Origin: an uncultured delta proteobacterium | GTDB lineage: Bacteria > Myxococcota > Myxococcia > Myxococcales > 40CM-4-68-19 | DNA: 64,000 bases | Assembly (NCBI GenBank): GCA_903911145.1 | Contig: CAIWCD010000013.1 | Span: 310,001-374,000, forward strand | Reading direction: 5' to 3' | Shown: positions 31,873-42,406 of the stretch, piece after piece | Layout: the number at the start of each line of letters is the position of its first letter | How positions within the stretch are numbered: position 1 is the stretch's first letter | The notes under the pieces: model-generated | Told to the model about the DNA's origin: nothing | The model's database searches: none | Seen by the model: only the letters and a program-made list of their open reading frames with translations | Translations under genes and position numbers: made by a program

Positions 31873-33366
31873 TTATTTAACCCCGTGGTTGTGCACGACT
31901 GCGAGTTCGCTCTCGTGCGCGTGCGTGTGCGGGTAGTGCAGCACCAGATCGCTGCGGCCTGATCCATCGAGGTCGAAGGGAGCGAGCGCGCCAAACGCAC
32001 GCACCGAAACCTTCGCCATCGGATCCTCTGCAAAGAGATGGCCCGGCTCGCCGGCACCAAAGAGCGATAGCTCGCCCTCGCCCGTTCCGAACGCCAGGTT
32101 GTGCTGTTTGTTGCCGAAGAAGTCCGCGTCGATGTTGTGCGCCTGCATATCGCTGCCGCCCTCGAGATTGACGTCGAAGGAGAGCCAGCGCTCGGCACTG
32201 GGCTTCTCGGCGAAGCGGCGATTTGAACCGAAGGGATAGAGGAGGAACTTCACTTTCGCGCTGCCGCTGGTGAGCATCCGGATGATCGCCATGATGCCGA
32301 GTTTGAACGACGGGAGGAGGAGATCGGGGTGCCCGTCGCCGGTGACATCGGCGATCTGGGTCGTGGTGAAGCTTGCGCCCTCGGTGCGGATGGTCTGATC
32401 GGGCTTCGCCGCAAATCCCCTGGGCGAGCCGAAGAAGAGATAGACGCTCGTGTCGGCCGAGGTGATTCCCGTCGTTTTCGTGACCGTGATCACCGCGTCG
32501 GCGAGCCCATCGCCGTCGACGTCGACGAACCGCACATCGGGCCCGCCGCCGACCGACACGTTGCCCTCGGCCTTCTCTGCAACGCCGAAGAGGTGCGTGA
32601 AGTTCGGCTTGCTGGGAAAGCTCCCGTCGGCCTTTTGCAGATATCCCCGCGCTTCGTCGCTCTTCACCAGGATCAGATCCAGACGTCCGTCGCCGTCGAT
32701 GTCGGCCGTCCGCATCGCGGGAAAGCTTGCGGTGATCGACACGCCATCGGCAGAGCCGCCCTGAACAGCCATCTCCATATCGACGTCGAGTTGGCTGCGC
32801 CTGGTGAATCCGCGCTCGTCGCGCTGGTAGATCGAGAGCGTTCCCATCCCCGGAACCAGGAGCGACATCTCCCCGTGCGAGCCGAGCGCCTGCGCGACGC
32901 GATATCGCAACAACTGGTCCGACGCGGGGCGAAGAAAGAGCGTGGGCTGGGCGAGAAGATCGATCGTTGGACCGATCGCGCGTCCGACAAAGGCATGCGC
33001 GCGAATTCCGCTCGCAGTCACGATGAGCAGCTCTGCGCCCGCTTTTCCGTCGACGTCAGCGAGATCAAAGGCGCACACGTCAGCATCGAGCGGGACGATC
33101 AGATCGGGTTTCGCCGCGAATGAACCGCCGCGATTCCAGAAGACAGCGAGCGTGCGCACGGTCTGCTGCTTCTCTCCCTTCAGCACCGCCGCGATGAGAT
33201 CGAGTTTCCCGTCGCCATCGAGATCGGCCGCGTCAACCGCGACGACGCGGCCATCGACCGCGAGATTCTCGACGGAGAACGTCGGGACCTTCGCTGCCGC
33301 GCCATCCGCGAGCGCTCCGCGGGTCGCGAGAATGAAACCGAGTCCAAGCAAGAACGCAGCGCGCAT
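31873..33366 (-). CDS. Secreted FG-GAP/VCBS repeat protein
   Basis: Signal peptide and repeated DxDGDGxxD Ca-binding motifs. Confidence 0.85.
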   Translation of the reverse strand: MRAAFLLGLGFILATRGALADGAAAKVPTFSVENLAVDGRVVAVDAADLDGDGKLDLIAAVLKGEKQQTVRTLAVFWNRGGSFAAKPDLIVPLDADVCAFDLADVDGKAGAELLIVTASGIRAHAFVGRAIGPTIDLLAQPTLFLRPASDQLLRYRVAQALGSHGEMSLLVPGMGTLSIYQRDERGFTRRSQLDVDMEMAVQGGSADGVSITASFPAMRTADIDGDGRLDLILVKSDEARGYLQKADGSFPSKPNFTHLFGVAEKAEGNVSVGGGPDVRFVDVDGDGLADAVITVTKTTGITSADTSVYLFFGSPRGFAAKPDQTIRTEGASFTTTQIADVTGDGHPDLLLPSFKLGIMAIIRMLTSGSAKVKFLLYPFGSNRRFAEKPSAERWLSFDVNLEGGSDMQAHNIDADFFGNKQHNLAFGTGEGELSLFGAGEPGHLFAEDPMAKVSVRAFGALAPFDLDGSGRSDLVLHYPHTHAHESELAVVHNHGVK

Positions 33367-33459
33367 GGGAGCTCCCGAAAAGGGCGCGCAGAGATACACC
33401 ATCACGCACGCGAGACCACACAACGCGAACGGGCGAGTGATATTTCGAGTGCGGGTTGG

Positions 33460-33491
33460 TTGGTATGCCAACTCATTCGTTTGCACTCAAA
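33460..33491. repeat. Two palindromic units just downstream of fadJ
   Basis: TTGGTATGCCAA-ctcattcg-TTTGCACTCAAA; the second unit is identical to 14293-14304. Confidence 0.75.
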
Positions 33492-33495
33492 CGAT

Positions 33496-35700
33496 TCAGA
33501 CCATCGCCACCGGGAAGAACGTCGCGCCTGACGCGGCCATCTCGACCAGAAGCGGCGCAGGCTTGAAGCGCAAGCCGAGTTTCTCCTCGTAGCGACGCAG
33601 CCGCTCGACGATCGTCTTGGCGCCAAGTGAATCGGCATAGCGAAACGGTCCGCCGCGGAACGGAGGCCAGCCAAGCCCGAAGACAGCGCCGATGTCTCCA
33701 TCGCGCGCCGAGCGCAGCACCTTCTCGCCGAGGCAGAGCGCGGCCTCGTTCACCATCTGCAGCACGCAGCGCTCCGCGGCTTCTCCCGCCGAAACCGGCG
33801 TGCGCGTGCGACCACCGGGCAGGAGATCGTAGACGGTTTCGTCGACCGACTTGCGGCTCTTTCCTTTCTCCTCGCCGTACGAATAGAAGCCCTTCTTCGC
33901 CTTGCGCCCGAGTCGCCCGTCCGCGATCAGCTTGTCGATTCCGGACGGCGCCAGGAGCCGATCTCCGAACGCCGCATGCATGATGTGCGCGACCTTCGTG
34001 CCGACGTCGATGCCGACCTCGTCGAGCAGTTGGAGCGGCCCGACCGGGAAGCCAAAGCCAGTCAGCGCGCGGTCGATCTCGTCGATCGCGCCGCCTTCCG
34101 CGAGCAGAAAGCTCGCCTCGTTCAAGTACGGCGCGAGGATCCGCGACGTGTAGAAGCCGACGCCATCGTTCACCACGATAACGGTCTTGCCCATCTTCTT
34201 GCCGAGCGCGACCACCGTGGCCACCGTCTGCGACGAGGTCTTCGGCGCGCGGATCACCTCGAGCAGCGGCATCTTGTTCACGGGAGAGAAGAAGTGCATG
34301 CCGATCACGTTCTCGGGATGCGCCGCGCCTTCTGCGATCTTGCCGATCGGTATCGACGAGGTGTTCGACGCGAAGATCGCGCGCGGCGCGGACTTCTCGA
34401 TCTCGGCGACGGTCTTCTGCTTGAGCGCGAGATCCTCGAAGACCGCCTCGACGACGACCTCCGCGTGAGTGAGGCCGCTGAAGTCAGTCGCGCCCGTCAC
34501 TCGCGCGAGCTTCTCGTCGCGGTCGCGGCGCGTGATGCGCTTGCGCTTGACGCCCTCGTCGAGGATTCCGCGAATCTGCGTGAGCCCGCGCGCGAGCCCC
34601 GCATCGTCCTTGTCCTTGAGCCGCACGAAGATTCCGTTGTCGGCGGCGATGTACGCGATCCCCGCGCCCATCAAGCCCGCGCCGAGCATCCCGATCTTCT
34701 CAACCTTCGCTCCCTGGATGTTCGGCTCGTCGACGCCGGTGTCCTTCTTGAGCGCGGTGGTGGCGAAGAAGATCTCCACAAGCCGCTTCGAGACGTCGCT
34801 CACGACCAGCTCGCCAAACAGCGTCGCCTCGGCCTTGAGACCCGCCTCGAGTCCTTGCTCCGCGCCGATGCGCACCGCTTCGAGCGCCTTCTCCGGCGCC
34901 GGATAGTTCCCCTTCGTCTGCTTGAGGAGCGCCTTCTTCGCCTGCTGGAAAAGCACCTTGCGACCGAGCGGATTGTCCTCGAGCGCAATCGTCTGCAGCA
35001 CCTCCGGAGTGAGCCCCTTGAGCAGCTTGGGCAGGCCACCCGAGAGGTCGAGCCGCTTGCGCGAGATCTTCAGCTTCCCATCGGCCAGCTCGCGCGCACG
35101 CGTCTTCGCAACCTCGAGGAGAATCGAGCGCGGCACGACCTCGTCGACCATGCCGAGCTTCTTCGCCTTCGGCGCCTTCACGGTCTTGCCCGCGAGGATG
35201 ATGTCGAGTGCCTGCGCGATGCCGATAAGCCGCGGCAGCCGCTGCGTTCCGCCCGCGCCGGGGAGGAGACCAAGCTGAACCTCGGGCAGACCCAGTTGAG
35301 TCTTCTTGTCGTCGCTGCAGATCCGATAGGTGCAGGCGAGCGTCAACTCGTAGCCGCCACCGAGCGCCGGGCCATGCACCGCGGCGACGATCGGCTTCTT
35401 GCGAGCGAGCGCCTCGAGCTTGTCCATCGCCTGCTGGCCACCGCGTGAGAGCTCCGCCGCCTCTGCCGCGCTGCGCGCACGCGAGAGCATCTGCACATCC
35501 GCGCCGGCGATGAAGCCCTCGGGCTTGCCGCTCGCGATCACGATCGCGCGCACGCTCGCATCGTCCGCGAGCGTGGCGAGCACAGCCTGAAACTCGCTCT
35601 GGAAATCATCGCGCAGCGTGTTCACCGGCTCGCCGGGCACGTCGATGAAGATGGTGGCGACGCCCTGCTCAGTCTCGGTGCGAAACGTGGAAACAGCCAT
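33496..35700 (-). CDS. fadJ: Fatty acid oxidation complex alpha subunit
   Basis: Enoyl-CoA hydratase (GGGYE, LPEVQLGLLPG) plus 3-hydroxyacyl-CoA dehydrogenase (GAGLMG, SNTS, MHFFSP). Confidence 0.93.
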   Translation of the reverse strand: MAVSTFRTETEQGVATIFIDVPGEPVNTLRDDFQSEFQAVLATLADDASVRAIVIASGKPEGFIAGADVQMLSRARSAAEAAELSRGGQQAMDKLEALARKKPIVAAVHGPALGGGYELTLACTYRICSDDKKTQLGLPEVQLGLLPGAGGTQRLPRLIGIAQALDIILAGKTVKAPKAKKLGMVDEVVPRSILLEVAKTRARELADGKLKISRKRLDLSGGLPKLLKGLTPEVLQTIALEDNPLGRKVLFQQAKKALLKQTKGNYPAPEKALEAVRIGAEQGLEAGLKAEATLFGELVVSDVSKRLVEIFFATTALKKDTGVDEPNIQGAKVEKIGMLGAGLMGAGIAYIAADNGIFVRLKDKDDAGLARGLTQIRGILDEGVKRKRITRRDRDEKLARVTGATDFSGLTHAEVVVEAVFEDLALKQKTVAEIEKSAPRAIFASNTSSIPIGKIAEGAAHPENVIGMHFFSPVNKMPLLEVIRAPKTSSQTVATVVALGKKMGKTVIVVNDGVGFYTSRILAPYLNEASFLLAEGGAIDEIDRALTGFGFPVGPLQLLDEVGIDVGTKVAHIMHAAFGDRLLAPSGIDKLIADGRLGRKAKKGFYSYGEEKGKSRKSVDETVYDLLPGGRTRTPVSAGEAAERCVLQMVNEAALCLGEKVLRSARDGDIGAVFGLGWPPFRGGPFRYADSLGAKTIVERLRRYEEKLGLRFKPAPLLVEMAASGATFFPVAMV

Positions 35701-35718
35701 GAAGAAGGCTCCTGCTGG

Positions 35719-35770
35719 AATTGTCGAAAATTATCGATTCGATAAACTTCGGTAATGGTACGCACTCAAA
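35719..35770. repeat. TTRYCGAW units plus a degenerate palindromic unit in the fadI-fadJ gap
   Basis: AATTGTCGAAAATTATCGATTCGATAAACTTCGGTAA followed by CGCACTCAAA. Confidence 0.5.
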
Positions 35771-35794
35771 GCATCTGGCGTGCGCGCCCTTCGC

Positions 35795-37087
35795 CTACTC
35801 GCGCTCGAGCACCATTGCCGCGCCGAGACCACCCGCCGCGCAGATCGAGAGGAGCGCAGTCTGCTTGCCCGTGCGCCCGAGTTCGCGCAGCGCCTGCGTG
35901 ACCATGCGCGCGCCCGTCGCGGCGAACGGATGTCCCAGGCTGAGCGAGCCGCCGTGAACATTGAGCTTCTCGTCGGCAACCTCTCCAAGCGGCTCTGCGC
36001 CTCCGAGATGCTTCTTCGCAAAATCGCGACTCGCCCAGGCCTGCAGATTCGACAGAACCTGCGCGGCGAACGCCTCGTGCACCTCGAAGAGATCGATGTC
36101 CGAGAGGCGCAGACCCGCACGCGCGAGCACCTTCGGCACCGAGAACGCGGGAGCCTGCAAAAGCTGCCACGATGGATCGATGCCGGCATAGGCATAGCTG
36201 CGCAGATAGCCGAGCGGCTTCAATCCCAGCGCCTTCGCCTTCTCTTCGGCCATCACGATCAGCGCAGCAGCACCGTCGGTGAGCGGGCTCGAGTTGCCGG
36301 CGGTGATCGAGCCGAACTTGCGATCGAACACGGGCTTGAGTTTCGCGTACCCCTCGACCGTCGAATCCTTGCGGAAGGTGTTGTCCTCGCTCGTCGCCTC
36401 GTACTTCGGCGGAACGAGCACATGCATCACTTCCTGCGCGAACGTCCCGTCGGCCCAGGCCTTGGCCGCGCGCGTGTGCGAGCGATTCGCGAACGCATCC
36501 TGCGCCTCGCGGCTGATGCCGTTCTCCTTCGCCATCTTCTCGGCGCTCTCGCCCATCGACTGGCCCGTCGAGAACTCGGCGATCGCAGGAGGGACCGGCA
36601 GCACATCCTTCGCCGTGATGGTCGAGAAGGCCTTCACTTTGTCGAGCACAGTCTTGCCTTTGCTCGCGAGCACCATCGCCTGCGCGAGCGGGCGCGACAG
36701 ACCGATCGGCACATCGCTCATCGATTCGGTTCCGCCGACGAGCGCGACATCGACATTGCCCGTCGCGATCGCATCGGCCGCCGACGTGAGCGCCTGCAGC
36801 GACGTCGCGCAAGCACGCGAGACCGTATAGGCCTCCGAAGTGCGCGGCAGCCCCGCGGCCAATGCGATCTCGCGCGCGATGTTCGCCACCGAGACGTGGT
36901 GGATCACCGTCCCGAAGACAACCTGATCGATCTCTTTGGGCGCGATGCCGGAGCGCTGCAGAAGCTCCGCGGTGACGATGCGCCCGAGATCCAGCGCAGA
37001 GAGGTTCTTGAACGCAGAGCCAGACTTGACGAACGGAGTCCGGAGTCCTGCGACGATTGCGACGCGGCGACCGATGCGGCTTCCCAT
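35795..37087 (-). CDS. fadI: Acetyl-CoA C-acyltransferase (thiolase)
   Basis: VSRACATS, HEAFAAQ, GHPFAATG, CAAGG. Confidence 0.93.
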   Translation of the reverse strand: MGSRIGRRVAIVAGLRTPFVKSGSAFKNLSALDLGRIVTAELLQRSGIAPKEIDQVVFGTVIHHVSVANIAREIALAAGLPRTSEAYTVSRACATSLQALTSAADAIATGNVDVALVGGTESMSDVPIGLSRPLAQAMVLASKGKTVLDKVKAFSTITAKDVLPVPPAIAEFSTGQSMGESAEKMAKENGISREAQDAFANRSHTRAAKAWADGTFAQEVMHVLVPPKYEATSEDNTFRKDSTVEGYAKLKPVFDRKFGSITAGNSSPLTDGAAALIVMAEEKAKALGLKPLGYLRSYAYAGIDPSWQLLQAPAFSVPKVLARAGLRLSDIDLFEVHEAFAAQVLSNLQAWASRDFAKKHLGGAEPLGEVADEKLNVHGGSLSLGHPFAATGARMVTQALRELGRTGKQTALLSICAAGGLGAAMVLERE

Positions 37088-37160
37088 GATTTCTCCTCGA
37101 GGAGCGGGCAAGCGCTGCCCGCGACAGCCGCGGCGGAGATAACGGGATTGATGCGCCGTG

Positions 37161-37505
37161 TCAATCGACCTGCGGCCCTCCGACGCGGAGCTTCAGCAAG
37201 TAGTCCCACGAGTAGATGCCCGTCTGGTGATTGTCGCTCCAGTCGAGCTGCACCGCGTAGTTGCCGACCGGATTCATCCCGCGGCAGCGAACGTCCGCAG
37301 CGACCTGCGCCTCACCGACGGTGCGCTTGCCAGTCCACTCCTCGACGCAGCCCGCGCACGGGCATTGCGCACGCAGAAAGCGAGGTGCGAAGTTCGACTC
37401 CTGACCATCCTCCCAGCGAATCGTCAGCCCGCCATGCTCATTGAGCGCGAGGTCAGCGGGACGAACGGGAGGCGTGTGCGGCTTGATCTTGTCGAGGAGG
37501 CCCAT
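37161..37505 (-). CDS. DUF971 / GBBH N-terminal-like metal-binding protein
   Basis: LRAQCPCAGC, VGNYA, WSDNHQTGIYSWDYL. Confidence 0.85.
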   Translation of the reverse strand: MGLLDKIKPHTPPVRPADLALNEHGGLTIRWEDGQESNFAPRFLRAQCPCAGCVEEWTGKRTVGEAQVAADVRCRGMNPVGNYAVQLDWSDNHQTGIYSWDYLLKLRVGGPQVD

Positions 37506-37514
37506 AGGGCGGGT

Positions 37515-38825
37515 CTAATACACCGCTTCGAGCGTCACGCGGGAGTGGACGCTCTTCTTCATCGGATAGAAGCAGTTGGTCGGCACGAAGTTCACGTCGA
37601 GCTGGCAGCCGGCGACCGGCATCGGCGGCGCCTGCTCGAACTCCGCCTCGAAGGCCCAGAGCGTGCGGCGGCGATCCTTCGGCGGCGCACCGAGCAGTCC
37701 CTTCGCACCGAGCGTGCGCGCCTGCCCGAGTACGAGCTTGTCGTAATCGGCGTTCCCGCTCGAGGCCGCGATCGAGACATCTTCGAGCGCACCGTCGGAC
37801 GCCTGCGTGAGCAGCACATGGACGATCAACTTCGTCGACCAGGGATTGTCGGCGCTCCCGCCCGCGGCCTGCGCCTGCTGGATGTTTGCAAGCTGCGAAT
37901 CCATCGCGGTGCCGCGCATGCCGCGATCGGCGGCGAGACCAGCGAGCAGCCCACCGTTGTTCGACTCGCCGGGCATGCCGCGCGCCTTCGCGTCGGGCGA
38001 AATCGGGGAGCCGTTCTTGCCGTAGTTGCCTGCTGCGCGCTTGTAGACCTCGGCCATCTGCCGCATCCCGCGCGGGATGCCTGACGTCGACGCCGGACGA
38101 TTGTCGAGCAGCGTCCAGCCCGGCGCGAACCCCTTGGTGAGCGACTCCTGGACGCCCTGCCAATAGGCATCGCGGCCGTCGCGCGCGCGGGAGAACGCCA
38201 CCTCGTCGCCAACCCAGCCCTTCACTTCTCCCTCGACCCGCGCCTTCTCTGCCGCGAGCGCTTCCGCGGGCGTGAGTTGCTTCACCGGCCCTTGCGGCCC
38301 CTCGCCAAATCCGTTCGTCCAGGTGCCCGCGCCCGCGTGCTTCGAATCGGGCGGCGCGCCGAGTGACGCGAGTGGATCCGCGAGCGTGCGCGACACGCTG
38401 AGCCGCGCTGGTGGCGGTCCGGAGGGTGCAAGACCTTCCGCCTTCGCCCACCGCGCGTCGTGAACTGGCTCGCTGTTCGTCGTTTCTGCAGAGGCGCTCT
38501 CACTGGACGATTCGTCGTGCGCCACCTGCGAGTCAGTGTGCGCATCGCGCGAAACCGGACGCCGACGCATTGACGTCTGCGCGGGCACAACAGGAGCAGG
38601 AATCGAAGCAGGTTTGGATGGCTCCGGAGCGAAACGCAGCTCGACCGACACAGGCGCAGCCGACTTCGCCGGAGCATTCGGCGCCACCGCCGCGTGAAGC
38701 AAAGTGATCGCGAGCAGCGCGTGCGCCACCAGCGCGCCCGCGAGCGCGAGCACGAAGCGACGCGCCGTCGAACGACGCGGCTGCACTGCTTCTGGCTGCA
38801 AAGGACGAAGCTTCACGGTTCGCAT
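37515..38825 (-). CDS. TonB/TolA-like membrane-anchored protein
   Basis: TM segment with His (LVAHALL), Pro/Ala linker, C-terminal SSGNADYD motif. Confidence 0.6.
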   Translation of the reverse strand: MRTVKLRPLQPEAVQPRRSTARRFVLALAGALVAHALLAITLLHAAVAPNAPAKSAAPVSVELRFAPEPSKPASIPAPVVPAQTSMRRRPVSRDAHTDSQVAHDESSSESASAETTNSEPVHDARWAKAEGLAPSGPPPARLSVSRTLADPLASLGAPPDSKHAGAGTWTNGFGEGPQGPVKQLTPAEALAAEKARVEGEVKGWVGDEVAFSRARDGRDAYWQGVQESLTKGFAPGWTLLDNRPASTSGIPRGMRQMAEVYKRAAGNYGKNGSPISPDAKARGMPGESNNGGLLAGLAADRGMRGTAMDSQLANIQQAQAAGGSADNPWSTKLIVHVLLTQASDGALEDVSIAASSGNADYDKLVLGQARTLGAKGLLGAPPKDRRRTLWAFEAEFEQAPPMPVAGCQLDVNFVPTNCFYPMKKSVHSRVTLEAVY

Positions 38826-38930
38826 GCTCCTACGTCTCGAGGCACGCCGCAATCCGCCAGATCGCAGCGGCCCAGGTTCGTGGCGCGGACGCCGCATGAT
38901 AGACGCGGAGCCGATCCCTTCGTGACCTGC

Positions 38931-39800
38931 ATGCGTATCCTTCACTTCTCCGACCCTCATGTGCAGCTGCGCGACTGGCGCACGCGTTCGCTTCGCGCGC
39001 TGGGTCCTCTGCGCGCGCTCGCAACCGCGGAACTCTGGCGCAGCCGGGGCGCTCGCTACGATCGCGCAGAGGAGAGGCTGCATGATCTCGCCGCTCTCTC
39101 TCTTGAACACGACCACGCGATCTGCACGGGAGACCTGACCCAGCTTGGCACACGCGAAGAGATGCAACTCGCGCGGGCCGCGCTGGGCGCGCTCGCGAGC
39201 GATCGTGAGCGCTTCACGACGTTGGCGGGCAATCACGATCGCATCCCGCTCGCGCTGAAGCCCGTGCACTATTTCGAAGAGCTATTCCCTGAGCAGACGG
39301 TCGACGGTGGCGGCAGCGACCTTGGCGAGTTCGCCCCCGTGCGCGTGCGCCTGCTCGGTCCCCACGGAGGAGCCGCGCTCGTGATCGTCGACTCTGCGAT
39401 CGCGATGAGTTGGCCCATCCTGAGCCGCGGAGAGATCACCAGACCCGCCCTGGAGGCGCTCTCGCGCGCTCTTGCGCACCCTGAAGTCCGGGCGCGCTGC
39501 GCTCTCGTGGTGACCCACCACTCGCCGATGCGCGCGCACGGACGCCTCGACTGGCCCGTTCATTACTTGCAGAACACAACCAATTTCCTGCGCGTGGCGC
39601 GAGCAGGTGGCGCGCAGGCGGTCCTCGCGGGACACGTGCACGAGCAGTTCGACCTGCCGGAGACGCCCGAGCGGCCACGCGTGCTCTGCGCGGGAAGCGC
39701 GACGGATGCGAAGCGGCCGACGGCCTACAGCTTGGAGATCCTCGGGCGGCGATTGAGCAACGTCCAGCCGATCGATCTCAGAGCGCGGTTCCATGCGTGA
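38931..39800 (+). CDS. Calcineurin-like metallophosphoesterase (CpdA/Icc-like)
   Basis: HFSDPH, TGDLT, GNHD, HH, GHVH. Confidence 0.88.
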   Translation: MRILHFSDPHVQLRDWRTRSLRALGPLRALATAELWRSRGARYDRAEERLHDLAALSLEHDHAICTGDLTQLGTREEMQLARAALGALASDRERFTTLAGNHDRIPLALKPVHYFEELFPEQTVDGGGSDLGEFAPVRVRLLGPHGGAALVIVDSAIAMSWPILSRGEITRPALEALSRALAHPEVRARCALVVTHHSPMRAHGRLDWPVHYLQNTTNFLRVARAGGAQAVLAGHVHEQFDLPETPERPRVLCAGSATDAKRPTAYSLEILGRRLSNVQPIDLRARFHA

Positions 39801-41007
39801 CGACTCGCGACGAGCGCCCGCGACCGGGATGAAGCCTCTCGCTGCGATTCCGTCGGCCGTGTTGGCCGGACTGCTCGCAACTCCGTCGCTGTATCTGATC
39901 GACAAGGTTCTCGGTCTCAGTGCCGTTCCGCTCTACGTCGCCTGCGTCGCCGCGATGGTCGCGATCTGGAGGAGTTCCCCCTCTGCACGGTTTGCCGAGC
40001 GCCTCGGAGAGAAGCGCGCATGCATTCTGGCGGTGGCGACGCTCGCGGCCCTCGTGATCGCGTTCTTCGTGCTCTATCCAATCGCCAAGTCGGGGCAGTT
40101 CGGCGCAGGAAGCGACGCAGACGACGCGCTGAACAAGGCCGCACGCGCTTTGATGGGCGGCCACTTCCCGTATCGGCAGCTGACCTACCGGGGCAACCCG
40201 ATCACGCCGATGCCGGGGGCGCTGCTACTGGCTTCTACGTTTGTGCTGCTGGGAAACGGCGCATACCAGATCTTCCTCTGGCTCCCGGCGGCGTTCCTTG
40301 TCGTGCGCGCAGGCTTCAACGGGAGCAGTGGCCGGGCGCTGACCTTCTCGTGGCTCGTGCTGGCGGCGTGTCCGGCGGTGCTCCACCACCTCGTGACCGG
40401 GATCGACTACGCCGCGAATTCGATCGCGGTGCTCGTGTTCGCGCTCGGCCTTGCGCAGAGCGCCGCGCGCATAGATTCACCTCGGTGGCGAACGCTCGGG
40501 TGGGCCGCGCTCTTCGGCCTCTCGCTGTCGTCGCGCGCCAACTTCGTGTTGCTGGTCCCGCTGGTCGCCCGCCATCTCGCCAAGTGCTGTGGCTGGCGCT
40601 GGTCAGGCAAATTGATCGCGATGGCACTGTTCGCCGCGAGCGTCGTGACCCTGCCCTTCTTCGCCTATGACCCGCAGGGATTCTCGCCGCTGCACACGGC
40701 GGACAAGCTGACGCAGCTCAACCCATTGCTGCCGCACGCCGCGTTCTGGATTCCGGTCGCAGCACTCGCGCTGTCGCTCTGGTTGGCTCTTCGTCCCACC
40801 GTCCGCTCGACCGAGACGTTCCTGCGCGACGCGACACTGGTGCAGGCGTTCGTGGTGCTGCTGCCTGCGACGCTCTGGGCGATGTTCGGAGAGCCGCGCC
40901 TCGACTACACGGCGTTCGGCGAACTGTTCCTCTACTTCGGGCTCGCGTGGATCGCAGCGCGCAGCGGGCGCGACGACCGATCTCTCGACGCGAAGGCATC
41001 CGTATGA
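39793..41007 (+). CDS. Polytopic membrane protein, GT-C glycosyltransferase-like
   Basis: Many TM segments; acidic loop SDADD followed by PYRQLTYRGNPITPMPG. Confidence 0.6.
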   Translation: MRDDSRRAPATGMKPLAAIPSAVLAGLLATPSLYLIDKVLGLSAVPLYVACVAAMVAIWRSSPSARFAERLGEKRACILAVATLAALVIAFFVLYPIAKSGQFGAGSDADDALNKAARALMGGHFPYRQLTYRGNPITPMPGALLLASTFVLLGNGAYQIFLWLPAAFLVVRAGFNGSSGRALTFSWLVLAACPAVLHHLVTGIDYAANSIAVLVFALGLAQSAARIDSPRWRTLGWAALFGLSLSSRANFVLLVPLVARHLAKCCGWRWSGKLIAMALFAASVVTLPFFAYDPQGFSPLHTADKLTQLNPLLPHAAFWIPVAALALSLWLALRPTVRSTETFLRDATLVQAFVVLLPATLWAMFGEPRLDYTAFGELFLYFGLAWIAARSGRDDRSLDAKASV

Positions 41008-41888
41008 CACGGCGTATGACACCGCATCCGATGACGTCGCGAACGGCAACCGTGCTCTGCGTTCTCGCCCTCTCTGGCGCAGCGCACGCAGCCGTTTCGG
41101 AATCAACTGCGCGCCAACGTCTGGATGCAGACGTCGCCGCCGGTCGCCCGCTGGTCGCGCACATCGTCGTTGCGCTCGCAGACAACGAGCACCAGGGAAT
41201 CATCCCCGTCCCGAAAGCGCTGGGGAGCGGACAGGCGCCGCGCACGAATCTCTATTGGGGAGCGGCCTACGGCGTGCGCAACTACTTCGCGAAGAAGGCC
41301 GGCTGGACCGAACTGCGTACGCCTCCAGCGAAATCATCGTTCGTCCTCGAGCGCACAGTCTTCCGCAAACGCATCGAGCGAGGCGGACACGAGATCGCGA
41401 TCTACGCAGTCGCCGATGCCTACGACGGCGCGCACATCCGGGAGGCGATCGTCGACGACCTCGAGTTCCTCGCCGGACGCTCGGCCGAGCGCGTGGAGGC
41501 AAGTGACAAAAACGAGAAAGTGTCACTCAGCGCCGGCGGCGATGCGCAGCTCATCATCTACGTCGGCCACGACGGCCTGATGGACTTCAACGTCCCCGCG
41601 CCCGCGCCAGCAGCGGACGGAAGCGCCCGCACCGCGATCGTGCTCGCGTGCATCAGCCGGTCATACTTTGGCCCGCTCGTCGATCGCGCGGGCGCGTTCA
41701 GCCTCGTGACGACGACAGGCTTGATGGCCCCGGAGGCGTACACGGTGGATGCAGCGCTCGCGGCGTGGTTCGGCGGCGCGAGCGCGAGCGACGTGCGATC
41801 GGCCGCGGCAGAGATCTACGATCGGTATCAGCACTGCGGACGCGGCGGCGCGCGGCGTCTGTTCGGCGCTGCGCGCGAAGCGCGATGA
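41004..41888 (+). CDS. Secreted hypothetical protein
   Basis: Signal peptide; ATGA overlap; NLYWG, YVGHDG, LAC. Confidence 0.75.
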   Translation: MTRRMTPHPMTSRTATVLCVLALSGAAHAAVSESTARQRLDADVAAGRPLVAHIVVALADNEHQGIIPVPKALGSGQAPRTNLYWGAAYGVRNYFAKKAGWTELRTPPAKSSFVLERTVFRKRIERGGHEIAIYAVADAYDGAHIREAIVDDLEFLAGRSAERVEASDKNEKVSLSAGGDAQLIIYVGHDGLMDFNVPAPAPAADGSARTAIVLACISRSYFGPLVDRAGAFSLVTTTGLMAPEAYTVDAALAAWFGGASASDVRSAAAEIYDRYQHCGRGGARRLFGAAREAR

Positions 41889-42406
41889 GCGCGGCACGAG
41901 GCTCTCACTTGAACGTGAGCGGGACGCGCCCGACATAGAGAGGGAAATCATCGACGACGCCGAGATCACCAACTGGCCGGCTTCACCCTTCCAGGCGACA
42001 TCTTGGGCGAGCTGGGTCGATCATCGTCGTCACCTCGCGCAACTGGCGACAGCGCAAACGCGGCGACGCAAGCAGCGACGGAGAGTCTCAACTGCGCGTT
42101 CAGCATGCGCACGCAATACCGCATTGCGCCTGATCCGCCGCGTGCGCGCGATCACATTCGACGAGCAAGACGTGCACTCTTCTCCGTCGTGATCGAACCG
42201 ACGACGGCGACAATCGCTCATCACGCCGCGTCCGGCCCCACGCTGGCTGCGTCGAGACACGAACACGTCGTGCCGTGAATCGCTCTACGTCCGGACCACA
42301 GAGGCCGAGTCGAGCCGCGATCACTTTTCGCGCGGAGCCGCGCAGCGTGCCCCCTTGCGGGGCACCGAGCAGCGAGCACGTAAAGTGATCGCGGTCGATC
42401 GGCCGA

